DNA from: Octopus bimaculoides
Taxonomy: Eukaryota
Reading direction: 5' to 3'
Length of the DNA stretch: 48,310 bases
Assembly (NCBI RefSeq): GCF_001194135.2
Contig: NC_068996.1
Span: 20,482,416-20,530,725, forward strand
The position numbers and the translations under genes were made by a program. Positions 35,233 to 47,745 of the stretch are shown here, one piece after another; position 1 is the first letter of the stretch; the number at the start of each line of letters is the position of its first letter. The notes under the pieces were generated by a model. It saw nothing but the letters and a program-made list of their open reading frames with translations, was not told the origin of the DNA and did no database searches.

Positions 35233-35863
35233 CCTTGCAAATTATTTTATTTTCTAATTAAAGTTTGAAACCTAAAACATGGGAAATGTTTTTATTTTTC
35301 ATTTCCTTTGAAATTGCTCTTAACTGTGGTTTGGACTTTTTAACTGTTCCTTCTAGTATGTAAGGCAACCTTTTAAGGCTCACCTCTTTTGTGTTTAAAT
35401 ATAGGCTAATTTTTATATGAAAAATATGTCTATTGACTTTGTATACATGCTAGGCCACTAATAAAAAAAATTTCCATAATTTTTCCTACCCTAAATTAAT
35501 TTTAAGAAATGATTTTAGCAATTTCTGAAGTTTAATCAAATTTTTTATTTGCCACCAATTGAAACTGCGCTTGCGTGGAGGATTTGAAAAATTATAATAT
35601 ATAAGGATGAGGCACATGTTATTTGGTCTCTAATTTATATGTTAATGTTTGGCGTAACCGCTGATGAGAGCTTCGCCTTGGCAAATTATTTTATTTGCTA
35701 ATTAAAGTTTGAAACCTAAGGCCCAGCTGTAAGACATGGTAAATGTTTTTATTTTTCATTCCCTTCGAAATTGCTCTTAACTGTAGTTTGGACTTTTTAA
35801 CTGTTCCTTCTAATATGTAAGGCGACCTGTTATGGCTCACCTCTTGTGTTTAAATGTACACTA

Positions 35864-35867
<4 letters not shown>
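35233..35867 (+). repeat. Pair of ~180-190-bp direct repeats
   Basis: 35233-35412 and 35676-35867 share CAAATTATTTTATTT.CTAATTAAAGTTTGAAACCTAA...GAAATTGCTCTTAACTGT.GTTTGGACTTTTTAACTGTTCCTTCTA.TATGTAAGGC...GGCTCACCTCTT. Confidence 0.9.
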
Positions 35868-35903
<36 letters not shown>

Positions 35904-35976
35904 TTCAAATGTACAGAAAACAAAAGACAGACAGGTGTGGGGACAACAAGCCAGTGTATTAGTTTGATGATATATA

Positions 35977-37851
35977 TCTTAATATATAAAATTCGTTCTG
36001 TCTGTCTGTCTGTGCACTTATAACTTGAGTATTGTTCATCCTATCACACTGAAATTTAAAACTTGGATACATGAGAGAGCGGGGCGTTCCGTAATCTAAA
36101 AAGATTTCCAAAATTGTTAGTTTCAAAGTGAGAATTGCTATTTTTGTAATCTTTATGTCCTGTTCCGCCATTAAAACAACCAGTTGCTCAGACAGTCGGC
36201 ACATACCATTTCACTAGCAACAAGGGGAGTACAGGATGACAGTCAGCTAAAACCGTCGCTATGCTGTCTCTCTTCTTTCCTCTCTCTGTGGGGTTAATAA
36301 TCTTAATCTTTAGTTACAGTTTCTCATTCAAACTACATAATAGCCAGAATTGTCGGATTAAGACAGTAGAATGTTTTGAGGGAGATTTGGCTGCTATTTC
36401 TACCAGGTCTAGCTACCATATAGAGGTCTCTCTCATTGACTTATACATATATGTATATATATATATATAATATAAATAAAATACTTAAAGCAACAGGCAT
36501 CAAATACAAAAGGCAAGGTCCATGCAGTGTCATGGACCCAAAAGAATTTTCAACTTCTTGCCTAATGCGAGCCCAGAGCAATCTGTTATCTCTTACACTA
36601 TTTCAGTATTACATCTGTATTGTTATGTGAGATACTGTCCTATATATTATATATTCCTTATGCTTTCCAAAACCGAGTTACAGATTTTGATGTATGGGGT
36701 ATCGAAAGATTCAGTACTATTTTGGCAACAAATTAGACTTAATTTCCATTCACATATTTGCATTTCAAAAATTTAACATAATCTTTTCCATAAATCAGCT
36801 ATCGTAAAAATTTTATATGATGACATCACATTTTCTGCATGTGTGTGTACTTTAAAAGACATCAATCATCACAACACACACCTTCACACACTCACTCTCT
36901 TTCTCGCCCTCTTTCTCCCTTACATACACACGCACAAGCATGCGCATGCACGCACATCTATTTCATATAGACATACATACATCTTTCACTTTCTTTCTCT
37001 GTTCTTTTCACTTCCTCTTCTTTCAATTTCTGCTCTCTTCAAATAAAATTTTTATGGATACAACTGCTTACAAAAATAGGAATTAATGTATAATTTCTAT
37101 GTTCATAATTTTTAGTTTACAATATTGGGAAAAATATGCCACCAAAGAAAAGACGTAATCTCTCCAGAAACAAGTATAAAGCAAGGAGGATTGTAGGAAA
37201 CCGAAGGCAAGAGTCTGAAGAGAGAAGCTAGATGAGATTTTACTCAAGATCAGCAAATGCATGTTGCAGCACTTAATGCTGGATCATTAAATCAATGTTT
37301 TAATGATTAGACAGAGGTTCAATAGAATAACTCTCAGAAACAGACTACGTACAAATTCGTTCTTCACAACTCCTGAAGCTGTTTTCAGATATGATCCATC
37401 CCATGAATTTACGATGACGTCAAAGTTCAAGGGCAAGTCTATCACCTCATTGGTTCCCTATTACCCGTAAATGAACAACCACAGTTCCTCCAAATTTACT
37501 TTATGAGTGATGTAGGACAACAAATCCGAAGGAAGTGTCAACATTTCAGATGATGGGTCGTGTTAGACACAGCGCCGACTGCTGCAAAAGAGAGTATATC
37601 CACTGACAGCTTTTTGGTGCATTCAAAAATCACATAACCCCCACCTCCAAATTTCCATGACAGGTTAGGGCCTGAAATACTCCAAACGGATGCATAGCAT
37701 GTTGCTTAGTCGAATTAACCCATCATTTACTCCACAAATGTTTTGTTGTCAATGCTGCACTTTCCCATATCACCTGTTTCAACATAACTGTAATATATTA
37801 TATACAAACTATGCCATTTTAATCCCGAGCAATGCCAGGCGTTTCTGCTAG
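35977..37851 (+). mobile_element. Internally deleted Helitron
   Basis: 5' A|TCTTAATATATAAAA followed by (TCTG)n. 3' degenerate hairpin CCCGAGCAATGCCAGG, then CTAG|T at 37848-37852. RepHel remnant KVQGQVYHLIGSLLP..EQPQFLQIYF (37422-37553) and MPPKKRR from 37136. Confidence 0.88.
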
Positions 37852-37882
<31 letters not shown>

Positions 37883-38411
37883 NNNNNNNNNNNNNNNNNN
37901 NNNNNNNNNNNNNNNNNNNNNNNNNNNNNNNNNNNNNNNNNNNNNNNNNNNNNNNNNNNNNNNNNNNNNNNNNNNNNNNNNNNNNNNNNNNNNNNNNNNN
38001 NNNNNNNNNNNNNNNNNNNNNNNNNNNNNNNNNNNNNNNNNNNNNNNNNNNNNNNNNNNNNNNNNNNNNNNNNNNNNNNNNNNNNNNNNNNNNNNNNNNN
38101 NNNNNNNNNNNNNNNNNNNNNNNNNNNNNNNNNNNNNNNNNNNNNNNNNNNNNNNNNNNNNNNNNNNNNNNNNNNNNNNNNNNNNNNNNNNNNNNNNNNN
38201 NNNNNNNNNNNNNNNNNNNNNNNNNNNNNNNNNNNNNNNNNNNNNNNNNNNNNNNNNNNNNNNNNNNNNNNNNNNNNNNNNNNNNNNNNNNNNNNNNNNN
38301 NNNNNNNNNNNNNNNNNNNNNNNNNNNNNNNNNNNNNNNNNNNNNNNNNNNNNNNNNNNNNNNNNNNNNNNNNNNNNNNNNNNNNNNNNNNNNNNNNNNN
38401 NNNNNNNNNNN

Positions 38412-38753
38412 AGCACCGCCTTTAGTCGAGCAAATCGACCCCAGGACTTATTCTTTAGAAGCCTAGTACTTATTCTATCGGTCTCTTTTGCCGAACCGCT
38501 AAGTTATGGGGACGCAAACACACCAGCATCGGTTGTCAAGCGATGGTGGGGGACAAACACAGACACACAAACACACATACATATATACGACAGGCTTCTT
38601 TCAGTTTCCGTCTACCAAATCCACTCACAAGGCTTTGATTGGCCCGAGGCTATAGTAGAAGACACTTGCCCAAGGTGCCACGCAGTGGGACTGAACCCGG
38701 TACCATGTGGTTGGTAAGCAAGCTACTTACCACACAGCCACTCCTGCACCTAT
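38412..38753 (-). mobile_element. SINE family A, young copy
   Basis: Retains CpGs and is highly similar to 40033-40410. Confidence 0.92.
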
Positions 38754-38919
38754 TGAAGTTTCTCAGATTTCAAGGTATTAAAAATGGTCAACTGAATATT
38801 CTCTTTCTTATTAAGTTGTTAGTCTTTAAGAAATTTTGTCTGTGCTGAACATTCAAACCATTCACTAACAACTAATTAAACACTCATCACTTATCATTCC
38901 TCAGCTTTCTAGTAGCTTA

Positions 38920-39500
38920 TGTGTAGGTAGGTGTGTATATCTATTCAGCAGATATACATCATGCTGTGTTAATAAGTTTATGTCTATTAAACATGTATAT
39001 ACCTACATTGTAGATAGGTGTATGTCTATTCAACTGGTATACACTCTACTCTATAAATAGGTGTATGTCTATTGATAGAAATATATCATGCTGTGTTGTG
39101 TAGATGGGTGTATGTCTCTCAGTACATATGCACCATGCTGTGTAGATTAGTCTATGTCTGTTTGCCAGGTATACACCTTGCTGTGCTGCATAGATAGATG
39201 TATGTCTATTCAACAGCTATACACCATATTCTATTGTGTAGATAGATGTAATAGGTGTATGTCAGTTGAACAGGCATACATCATGCTATGTCATGTAGAT
39301 GGGTGTATGTCTATTCAACTGGTATACATCAGGCTGTGTAGATGGGTGTGTCTGTTCAATAGGTATATTAGCTTACTCTGTTATGTAGACATGTGTGTCT
39401 TTTCAACAGATACAGACATGCACTCATCATTATCGTCATACTATTCTATATATAGGTATATATCTATTCAACAGGTATACACCTTATTGAGCTGTGTAGA
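38920..39500. repeat. Degenerate minisatellite, ~12 units of ~40-48 bp
   Basis: Recurring GTAGATAGGTGTATGTCTATTCAACAGGTATACACCATGCTGT-like unit. Confidence 0.85.
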
Positions 39501-40032
39501 AAGGTCTTTAAGAAGTACCTATTCTGTGGTTAATTACCATGCCATATGAGTCACAAATTTGATGGCTGAACTTGCTTCTGCAATGCTTATTTTCATTTTG
39601 AAATTTTTCATATTTTTCCATTATGTCACTTATCCACCAACATTTCTTTTTTAATTGTGTCTTGCTACTATTTCAACAACCAAATCTGACCTCTTTTGTT
39701 AATAGTGTGCACTATCACAGCAACTGATATAAATGTTGAAATCTAAGCATGTGTGCTCTTCTTACAAGCAAAGGACTGCCTCTCCTCTCTGGGTTGAACT
39801 TTCCACCTTGACACAGAACACGCACATGCATACTCTCTCTCTTTCTGTACCCAAACAGGATATATGCAGAAAAAAAACTGGTGTGTGGTCTGAATGTTAT
39901 TGACAGTGAACACCATTAAAATTACTCAGTAAGCAGGTGATAATAATATCCATGCCTTGTGTGTGTGTGTCCCACATTAATATTGATCTATGATCAAAGG
40001 GGGTTCCAGCTTTGTCTCTACTCTCTCTTTCT

Positions 40033-40410
40033 CTTTTACTCTTTTACTTGTTTCAGTCTTTTGACTGTGGCCATGCTGGAGCACCGCCTTTAGTCGAACA
40101 AATCGACCCCAGGACTTATTCTTTTTGAAGCCTAGTACTTATTCTATCGGTCTCTTTTGCCGAACCGCTAAGTTACGGGGACGTAAACACACCAGCATCG
40201 GTTGTCAAGCAATGCTAGGGGGACAAACACAGACACACAAACACACACACATAGATATATATATATACATATATACGACAGGCTTCTTTCAGTTTCCGTC
40301 TACCAAATCCACTCACAAGGCTTTGGTCAGCCTGAGGCTATAGTAGAAGACACTTGCCCAAGGTGCCACGCAATGGGACTGAACCCGAACCATGTGGTTG
40401 GTAGCCATTC
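40033..40410 (-). mobile_element. SINE family A
   Basis: As above. Confidence 0.92.
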
Positions 40411-40711
40411 CAATATTTTTGTATATCTGAGACTACATAGATTGATGTTTCCTGCCTGTTTTTTTTTTATGATTTAAGAGAATTTGGCAACTTTTTGAGC
40501 TTGTTGAGCAATCACATAAAAGTTTTGATTCCAAACTTATGTTCTTCTTCTCAGGTTTGGTCTTTTATATAGCTTCTTAAATGTTAAAAAAATCAATGTA
40601 TGACTTTTTATATCTTAAAAGTATAATTAAATGATTGTAATTCCTAGTTAAGTAATATATTTGTGACATTGTGTTGATGTAATTGACTCTATATACCTAC
40701 TTGTCATTTGT

Positions 40712-42380
40712 GAGATAGCTAGTGGTAGACAAATGGTTTGTTAGAGCCATCCAAACCATGTACAGGGGTGCTGTAAGTAAGGTGAGAGTCAACAATGATT
40801 ACAATGATAGGTTTAATGTGCAGGTAAAAGTTCACCAGGGCTTGGTTCTTAGTCCCCTCCCACTCATCATAGTTTTCCAAGTTATAACAAAGGAATCTAA
40901 GACAAGTTGCTCTTGGGAACTAGTATATACTGAATGACCTCATTCTTATTTCCTAGTTTGCTGTAGAATTAGAAAAGAAATTTCAGGTTTGGCAGCAAAA
41001 CCTGAAATCAAAGGGCCTTAAAGAGCAAACTTGCTTTTGTGAAGACCAGACTTCTAGTAAAGGGGAAAATGTTAAACTACTAATCCTTTCAGAACAATGG
41101 CCCTGTTCAATATGCAATGGTATAGGTATAAATTCCAAAGCTATGAACTCACAAAAGGTGCAGTGAAATCACTGCTGAAGATTAACAGAGAAAGTAGACT
41201 TTGTTTATAGCATTTGCTCAAGTGCAATAAATGCTAAGAACACACAGGAAATAGATTTCCTCAAATCTGCCGGATTCTTTTAGGGAGTAGATAGTTTCTG
41301 GCAAAACTGAGATTCTGGAAGCAAGTGTGTGTGTAAATACACACATACATTCCTGGGCCCCATGCCCAAATTTGTTCTAAAACCTTCCCCATGATCTGTC
41401 ATCTCTCTGTCATTGGTCCTTCCATCACCTGCCTAACTGCAGTATTCAGCTGTTGTAATTCAGAGCAAAATTGCGTATTACATCCTTCGTTCTTCACATT
41501 GTTCCTCTCCACTCACATTTATATGGATCATACTTCTGTGTTACCAAATTATCTCTCCTCCTCATTCACCATACATCTTTCACTGTCTCCCCCCATGTAC
41601 TATGTTTGCCTCTCCCTTTACCTTCTTGCAACCTACTTATCCGCATGTCATCTCCCTTTCTCTCATTCGTTATTCTCATCTAATATATTATAGTATTGTA
41701 TTGCTTTTCACCTCTTTCTGTGCCATCAGTCCATCACCTAACCTCCCTTATTTTCCTCTCCATCTCATGTATCATTGATCATTCTTTTGTTCTTGCCCAC
41801 CATTCACTACATCCACCTTTCAATACTACCCAATTTCTACAGTCATCACTCACTCTCCCCTACCTTTTTTTATTCAACTCATATTTGTCATAACCCTTGT
41901 TCACCATTTATTATATTCACCCCTCATCCATTCCCTGTCTCTCACCATCCCACACTCTCTCCATACATATTTGCAACCACTACCCGTTCACCCTTCCAGT
42001 TCTGTCCCCATTCACTTTTATTCACCTTATACCATAAAAGTCCACCCTGACACCTCATCACCCCTACTTTATCTCTCTTTCCAATTCCACCCTTGCCACT
42101 CCCACCCTCACTTCCATTATTTGAGTAGTCATGACATTCCCCTACAGCAAGAAACCTGTTCTGTCCCCTTTCATATTTTAGCATATGATCTCTCAGCATC
42201 TTTTTTGTAACTCCACTCAAAGGAGATTTTAGTCTTGTGAGCTACATGCTGGTGCCTTGAAGCATTATTCAGTACATTCTGTAAAGCGGTTGGCAATAGG
42301 AAAGGCATCCAGCCATAGAAACCATATCAAAGCAACTAGTAGAGCACAATGGACCTGTGTGGACGTAAAAAAGATAATGT
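40712..42380 (+). mobile_element. Older RTE copy: RT motifs, PHD remnant, pyrimidine-rich 3'UTR and tail
   Basis: VHQGLVLSPL..IIV...IT.E.KT.C.WELVY (a decayed YADD at ~40925-40940); WPCSIC (41098-41115); HKRCS (~41150); C/T-rich 41370-42170; tail GGTTGGCAATAGGAAAGGCATCCAGCC. Confidence 0.82.
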
Positions 42381-42559
42381 CAGCATAACCCATCTGTTAT
42401 ATCTGTGGCATAATGTTTATGTAATTAATTATAAACACCTACTTATCATATTTGAAATGTGGCAGTCAATGTATGTAATAATACTATAAACAGTCAACAC
42501 TTCACTTTTAGCGTTCATGATTTTATTCTCTTTTATCTCTATTTCCCCCCTATATCTAT

Positions 42560-42643
42560 CTCTCTGTTTCTTCCATATTCACTTTGTCTTGCTCACGCTC
42601 TCTATCTCTATGTCTGTCTGTCTCTCTTTTACACACTTCATTG

Positions 42644-42689
<46 letters not shown>

Positions 42690-42690
42690 T
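42560..42690. repeat. (CT)n microsatellite and low-complexity tract
   Basis: Seen directly. Confidence 0.9.
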
Positions 42691-43429
42691 ATTATTGCTT
42701 TCTCTTTTTACAACAATAAAAATAATCCACAGTTAACAAGTATGTCAGTGTGTTGAGTGACTTGCCTTTCCTTGACACCAAAGCTGAACATTACTGCCTT
42801 CCAATCTCCGCTTTTTTCTCTCTTAATCCCAAAGTCAATGTTATTTCTTATTATTTCACTACTAAATATTTCTATCTTAATTACTGCCCCTCCTTCCATA
42901 TTTTTATTTATTTATTTATTGGTGAACAATATTTATTGCTGAATTAGCTGTAAATGTATTACTATACACCACAATGTACAAACCCTCACTAATGTCCATC
43001 AGACATTCATGCAAAAGTAATTTTTTTTAAATATTATGTTAGTGCTAAGTATGTTTGTATCCATGCAACCATCTTGGTTTCTTTGAAATCTGTCCCTCTT
43101 TCCCCCCCCCTCACTTCTCTTCCTCTTTCTCCAGTTCACTCAGTATGTCCTTATGTGTGTTTAATTCATTTTACTACAGTGTCAATAGCCACAGGGGAAT
43201 CTCTTCAGCTTTGGTGTGTAGTAAAAAGCATGTCTCTTCTGTTTATTCTGCCATTCCATGTCTTCCTTTGAGATATAAAACAATGCTGATAGGGACACTT
43301 TTTATTGATGCTACACTTTGTCCAACGGGTGATCCAGAGGATTACACACCCTGTCATTGCAGCTAAGTCCCATAAAGCTAAATTGAGAAGACTCTTGAAA
43401 GAATGATTAATGTTTCAGGAAATATTATT

Positions 43430-43650
43430 ACTCTGCTATTTAAACTGGCCATATCCAGCCAAAATATGCTTCCTGTTTTATGTTCAAACTGGCCTGATCT
43501 AACCTCTCATACCTACCCTACAATGCCATTCTAAAAAATAGACAATAACCTCATCCAAATCTAAAAGCTATGAGATAATGCATGATTTATTCAAAACAAT
43601 ATGAATAAAGCTTTACATGTGGCAGGGTAATTTGAACGCTATATGGTACA
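43430..43650. mobile_element. Possible decayed MITE-like octopus repeat
   Basis: TTTAAACTGGCCATATCCAGCCAAAATAT...GTTCAAACTGGCC resembles a recalled octopus repeat. No TIRs can be recovered here. Confidence 0.35.
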
Positions 43651-43924
43651 TCTGTGTATGCATACAACTAGAGTCCTTACCCAATGATTTTGTCAAGTCT
43701 ACCACTGCATTTCCATCTCCTCTTCTTCCTACTTGGACAACTGAGCTCCTTCCCTAAGCCCATAGTCACATCCCACCTATTTTTACTATTGCCCACCCCC
43801 ATTCCTGTTTTATCCACCTACACTATAGCAATCTTTAACCCTACTCCTCATGTCCCTATCACTCTTGTATCCATTATTATTTTGCTGATGTAAGTTATGA
43901 AATTAGAACCTACTATTTAGACAG

Positions 43925-44170
43925 TAGCTGTGCTGGGGCCCTGCCTTGGAGAATTTTTAGTCGAATGAACTGACCCCAGTCCCTTTTTTTTTTTTTTTTA
44001 AGCCTGTAATTATTTCATAAGTCTGCTTTGCCAAACTGCTAAGTCACAGGAATGTAAAGACACACACACACACACTCAATGGGCTTCTTTCAGTTTCTGT
44101 CTGCCAAATCCACTTATAAGGCTTTGGTCAGCCTGCAGTTATAATAAAAGACTCTTGCCCAAGGTGCCAT
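43925..44170 (-). mobile_element. SINE family A, degenerate
   Basis: TTTAGTCGAATGAACTGACCCCAG...GGGCTTCTTTCAGTTTCTGTCTGCCAAATCCAC...TTGCCCAAGGTGCC. Confidence 0.75.
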
Positions 44171-44179
44171 CTAGTTGAG

Positions 44180-45110
44180 ATGCAAGTTTTTTTGCCACTA
44201 TTTCATGTCACCACTTTTTTACTGCTATTCACCACTTCTTCTCTGAACATCTCCTACTTGTCATCTTTCTTGTCTCCATGTTCATATTTACCCTTGATTA
44301 CCTTGACTCCTGTTCACCATTCACTTCTTATTTCTTTACTGCCCACAAGGGACTACATACAGAGGGAACAAATGAATTAAGTCGATTATATCAACCCCAG
44401 TGTGTAACTGGTACTTATTTAATCGACCCCGAAAGGATGAAAGGCCAAGTTGACCTCAGCAGAATTTGAACTCAGAACGTAAAGACAGACGAAATACCAC
44501 TAAGCGTTTCGCCCGGCGTGCTAACGTTTCTGCCAGCTCGCTGCCTTTCACTTTCACCATTCACTTCTGATATACTTCTAACCACTTCCACCTGATACTT
44601 ATATCCATCTCTCACTCTTCCCTCCACACTATTGTAACTTTATCTATCATCCCCAATTCTCCTGTCTTCGTGCTGTCTTCTATTCATCATATTGGACATG
44701 TTGTTATGGGGATATGTCCCTCCATCTCACCATCACCATATTTACCTCTCTTTAGGGTAGCATTCCAGCCTTCCCCATACCTCATGTTAAAATGTGAAGT
44801 AGCCATGAATCTCTTCTACAGCAAACCTATCTCTACTCTTCCCATCATATTTTAACCTCTCCATATCTGGACATAAAACAATTGCTCTATCTCTTATTTT
44901 TCCTCTCCAGCACAGGGTGTTTTTATAGTTTTGTGGGCTGCATGATAACCTCACAAGTGCTGATGCCACTTAAAAAGCACTCAGTACATTCTATTAAGTG
45001 TTTGAAGGGCTTCCAGCTGTAGAAAACATGTCAAAACAGACACTGGAACAAGACGTGTTATTCTGACCTGTTGGATTTTGTCTAATCATGCAACCCATGG
45101 TTAGAAGCCT
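44180..45110 (+). mobile_element. RTE pyrimidine-rich 3'UTR block with tail (host of the SINE above)
   Basis: C/T-rich tract followed by ACCTCACAAGTGCTGATGCCACTTAAAAAGCACTCAGTACA...GAAGGGCTTCCAGCTGTAGAAA. Confidence 0.7.
44329..44552 (-). mobile_element. SINE family C with 16-bp TSD
   Basis: TSD TTCACCATTCACTTCT at 44313-44328 and 44553-44568. Confidence 0.95.
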
Positions 45111-45785
45111 AACAGTATGGAAGGTAATACATAGTATAAAAATGTTTTACTTCTACATCATTAGGCTTTCCAATGTTTATAATATTGTTATAGCACAATA
45201 CATTTTGCTATATTTACTGCTCTTATAATACAGAACCTCTTGATGTATCCATGCCTGCCACATCATAGAAGCAGAGAGCAGAGAAGCCATAATTATTTTT
45301 TTATATTAAATAAATGAAATAATTTATAATGAAAATCATATTTTCTACACAAAATGGGCCCCACATGTCCCACATTAGGATTTTTGTTTTTCTTTTGGCT
45401 ACTTCAAATGATTTCCAAACACCCCTACACATCATCCTTATGACTTTTTGTTCCTATCCTTTAAGCCACAGTAACAGCATTATTACACTGATATAAGAAA
45501 CTAAGACAATGACATGTAGAGGGCACATATCCATTCAGAAATGCACAAAGACTGTTTAACTTCACTTGAAACATTATTTGGTATCAAAGATTTTCATTGC
45601 ATTAACTACAACCTGGTTGCTGACACAATTCCACTGCAGTTGAAGTAGATGTGATGAAAATATTAACACCAAATAGTAAATGTTTAAGTAAAGTTTTTGT
45701 GTTCTTTTGGAAGGTTAATATATGGTCTCAGATCAAATCAGCTTTCCAGGCAAGTACATATCTGAAAATAAGAAAAGTTTATTTT

Positions 45786-45979
45786 TTTACACGTTTTAGT
45801 CATTTCACTACAGCCATGCTGGAGCACCAGCTTAAAAGGTTGTAGTCAACCTCAAGACTTATTCTTTGGAATCCTAGTACTTCTTCTGTCAGTCTCTTTT
45901 ACGGGGACATAAGCACGCCAACATCAGTTGTCAAGTGATGGTGAGGGAAGACAAAGACACACACATAATAAATAAATAG

Positions 45980-46017
<38 letters not shown>

Positions 46018-46038
46018 GATGGGCTTCTTTTAGTTTCT
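45786..46038 (-). mobile_element. SINE family A, 3' part, with (CA)n
   Basis: CAGCCATGCTGGAGCACC...GACTTATTCTTT...ACGGGGACATAA...GGGCTTCTTT. Confidence 0.8.
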
Positions 46039-46272
46039 TATTTCTTTATTGCCCACAAGGGACTAAACATAGAGGGGACAAACAAGGACAGACAAAGGGA
46101 TTAAGTCGATTACATCGACCCCAGTGCGTAACTGGTACTTAATTTATCGACCCCAAAAGGATGAAAGGCAAAGTCGACCTCAGCGGAATTTGAACTCTGA
46201 ATGCAAAGACAGACAAAATACTGCTAAGCATTTTGCCTGGTGTGCTAACACTTCGGCCAGCTCATGCACCTT
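46039..46272 (-). mobile_element. SINE family C
   Basis: Same family as 22697-22920. Confidence 0.9.
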
Positions 46273-47586
46273 CTGTGAATTAAATATTAATCAAAGTATG
46301 TTCAGGTGAGTGCAAGAATCAAAGTACAGTGTATATCATCACCATTGTAGGGAAAATGATATTTCCATGACAAGACAGTTGGTACCTTTAACCTTCCATT
46401 AGTGCAATCTTTTCATGCTTGCCCATACTTTCTTCTTAATATGTAGCTATTGAAAATAAATAAAGAAAAACATGCAGTAGATAGATGTGTCTTATATTTA
46501 ACCATCAAAATCTTGTTCAATTTTCTAGAAGCTGCACTTGAAATTATCCCTGATAGTAGAATGAGAAAATACAAAAATGGAATATATTTAAACAACTCTT
46601 GCCATTCCCTTGTCCCCACAGAAATCTCACAAGCTATGATTCTAGGAACCAATTTACTGATACAACTATTTTAGACAATTTCATGTTCAAGTAACAGAAA
46701 AGATCTGTGAACTTTTCTTTAGAGCCTATTTTTTATGTGTTTACCTAAAGACACACTCTGTAGCAAACTAAATTGGTTAAGTCAATATTAAGTAACTTTG
46801 TCATAAATATATGTTGTGCATCACTCTTTTATCACTTGCTTTTATAATCACAACAGTCACAATACTGAATTTCTGTTTTTTGTTTCTTAAGATCCTTAAA
46901 AGATTTACTTTTTTTTTTTTTTTTTTNNNNNNNNNNNNNNNNNNNNNNNNNNNNNNNNNNNNNNNNNNNNNNNNNNNNNNNNNNNNNNNNNNNNNNNNNN
47001 NNNNNNNNNNNNNNNNNNNNNNNNNNNNNNNNNNNNNNNNNNNNNNNNNNNNNNNNNNNNNNNNNNNNNNNNNNNNNNNNNNNNNNNNNNNNNNNNNNNN
47101 NNNNNNNNNNNNNNNNNNNNNNNNNNNNNNNNNNNNNNNNNNNNNNNNNNNNNNNNNNNNNNNNNNNNNNNNNNNNNNNNNNNNNNNNNNNNNNNNNNNN
47201 NNNNNNNNNNNNNNNNNNNNNNNNNNNNNNNNNNNNNNNNNNNNNNNNNNNNNNNNNNNNNNNNNNNNNNNNNNNNNNNNNNNNNNNNNNNNNNNNNNNN
47301 NNNNNNNNNNNNNNNNNNNNNNNNNNNNNNNNNNNNNNNNNNNNNNNNNNNNNNNNNNNNNNNNNNNNNNNNNNNNNNNNNNNNNNNNNNNNNNNNNNNN
47401 NNNNNNNNNNNNNNNNNNNNNNNNNNNNNNNNNNNNNNNNNNNNNNNNNNNNNNNNNNNNNNNNNNNNNNNNNNNNNNNNNNNNNNNNNNNNNNNNNNNN
47501 NNNNNNNNNNNNNNNNNNNNNNNNNNNNNNNNNNNNNNNNNNNNNNNNNNNNNNNNNNNNNNNNNTATATATATATATATATATAT

Positions 47587-47745
47587 ATGAGTGGTTGGCG
47601 TTAGGAAGGGCATCCAGCTGTAGAAACTCTGCCAAATTAGATTGGAGCCTGGTGTAGCCATCTGGTTTCACCAGTCCTCAGTCAAATCGTCCAACCCATG
47701 CTAGCATGGAAAGCGGACGTTAAACGATGATGATGATGATGATGA
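47587..47745 (+). mobile_element. RTE 3' tail with (GAT)n, next to a gap
   Basis: Nearly identical to 30038-30196. Confidence 0.92.

Noticed and set aside
43180-43410. Coding exon
   Set aside because: There is a plausible acceptor but no recognisable protein motif, no good donor, and each frame closes.
46295-46315. Strong splice donor CAG|GTGAGT
   Set aside because: No credible upstream acceptor or ORF, as a SINE lies immediately 5'. Such a motif is expected by chance in 48 kb.
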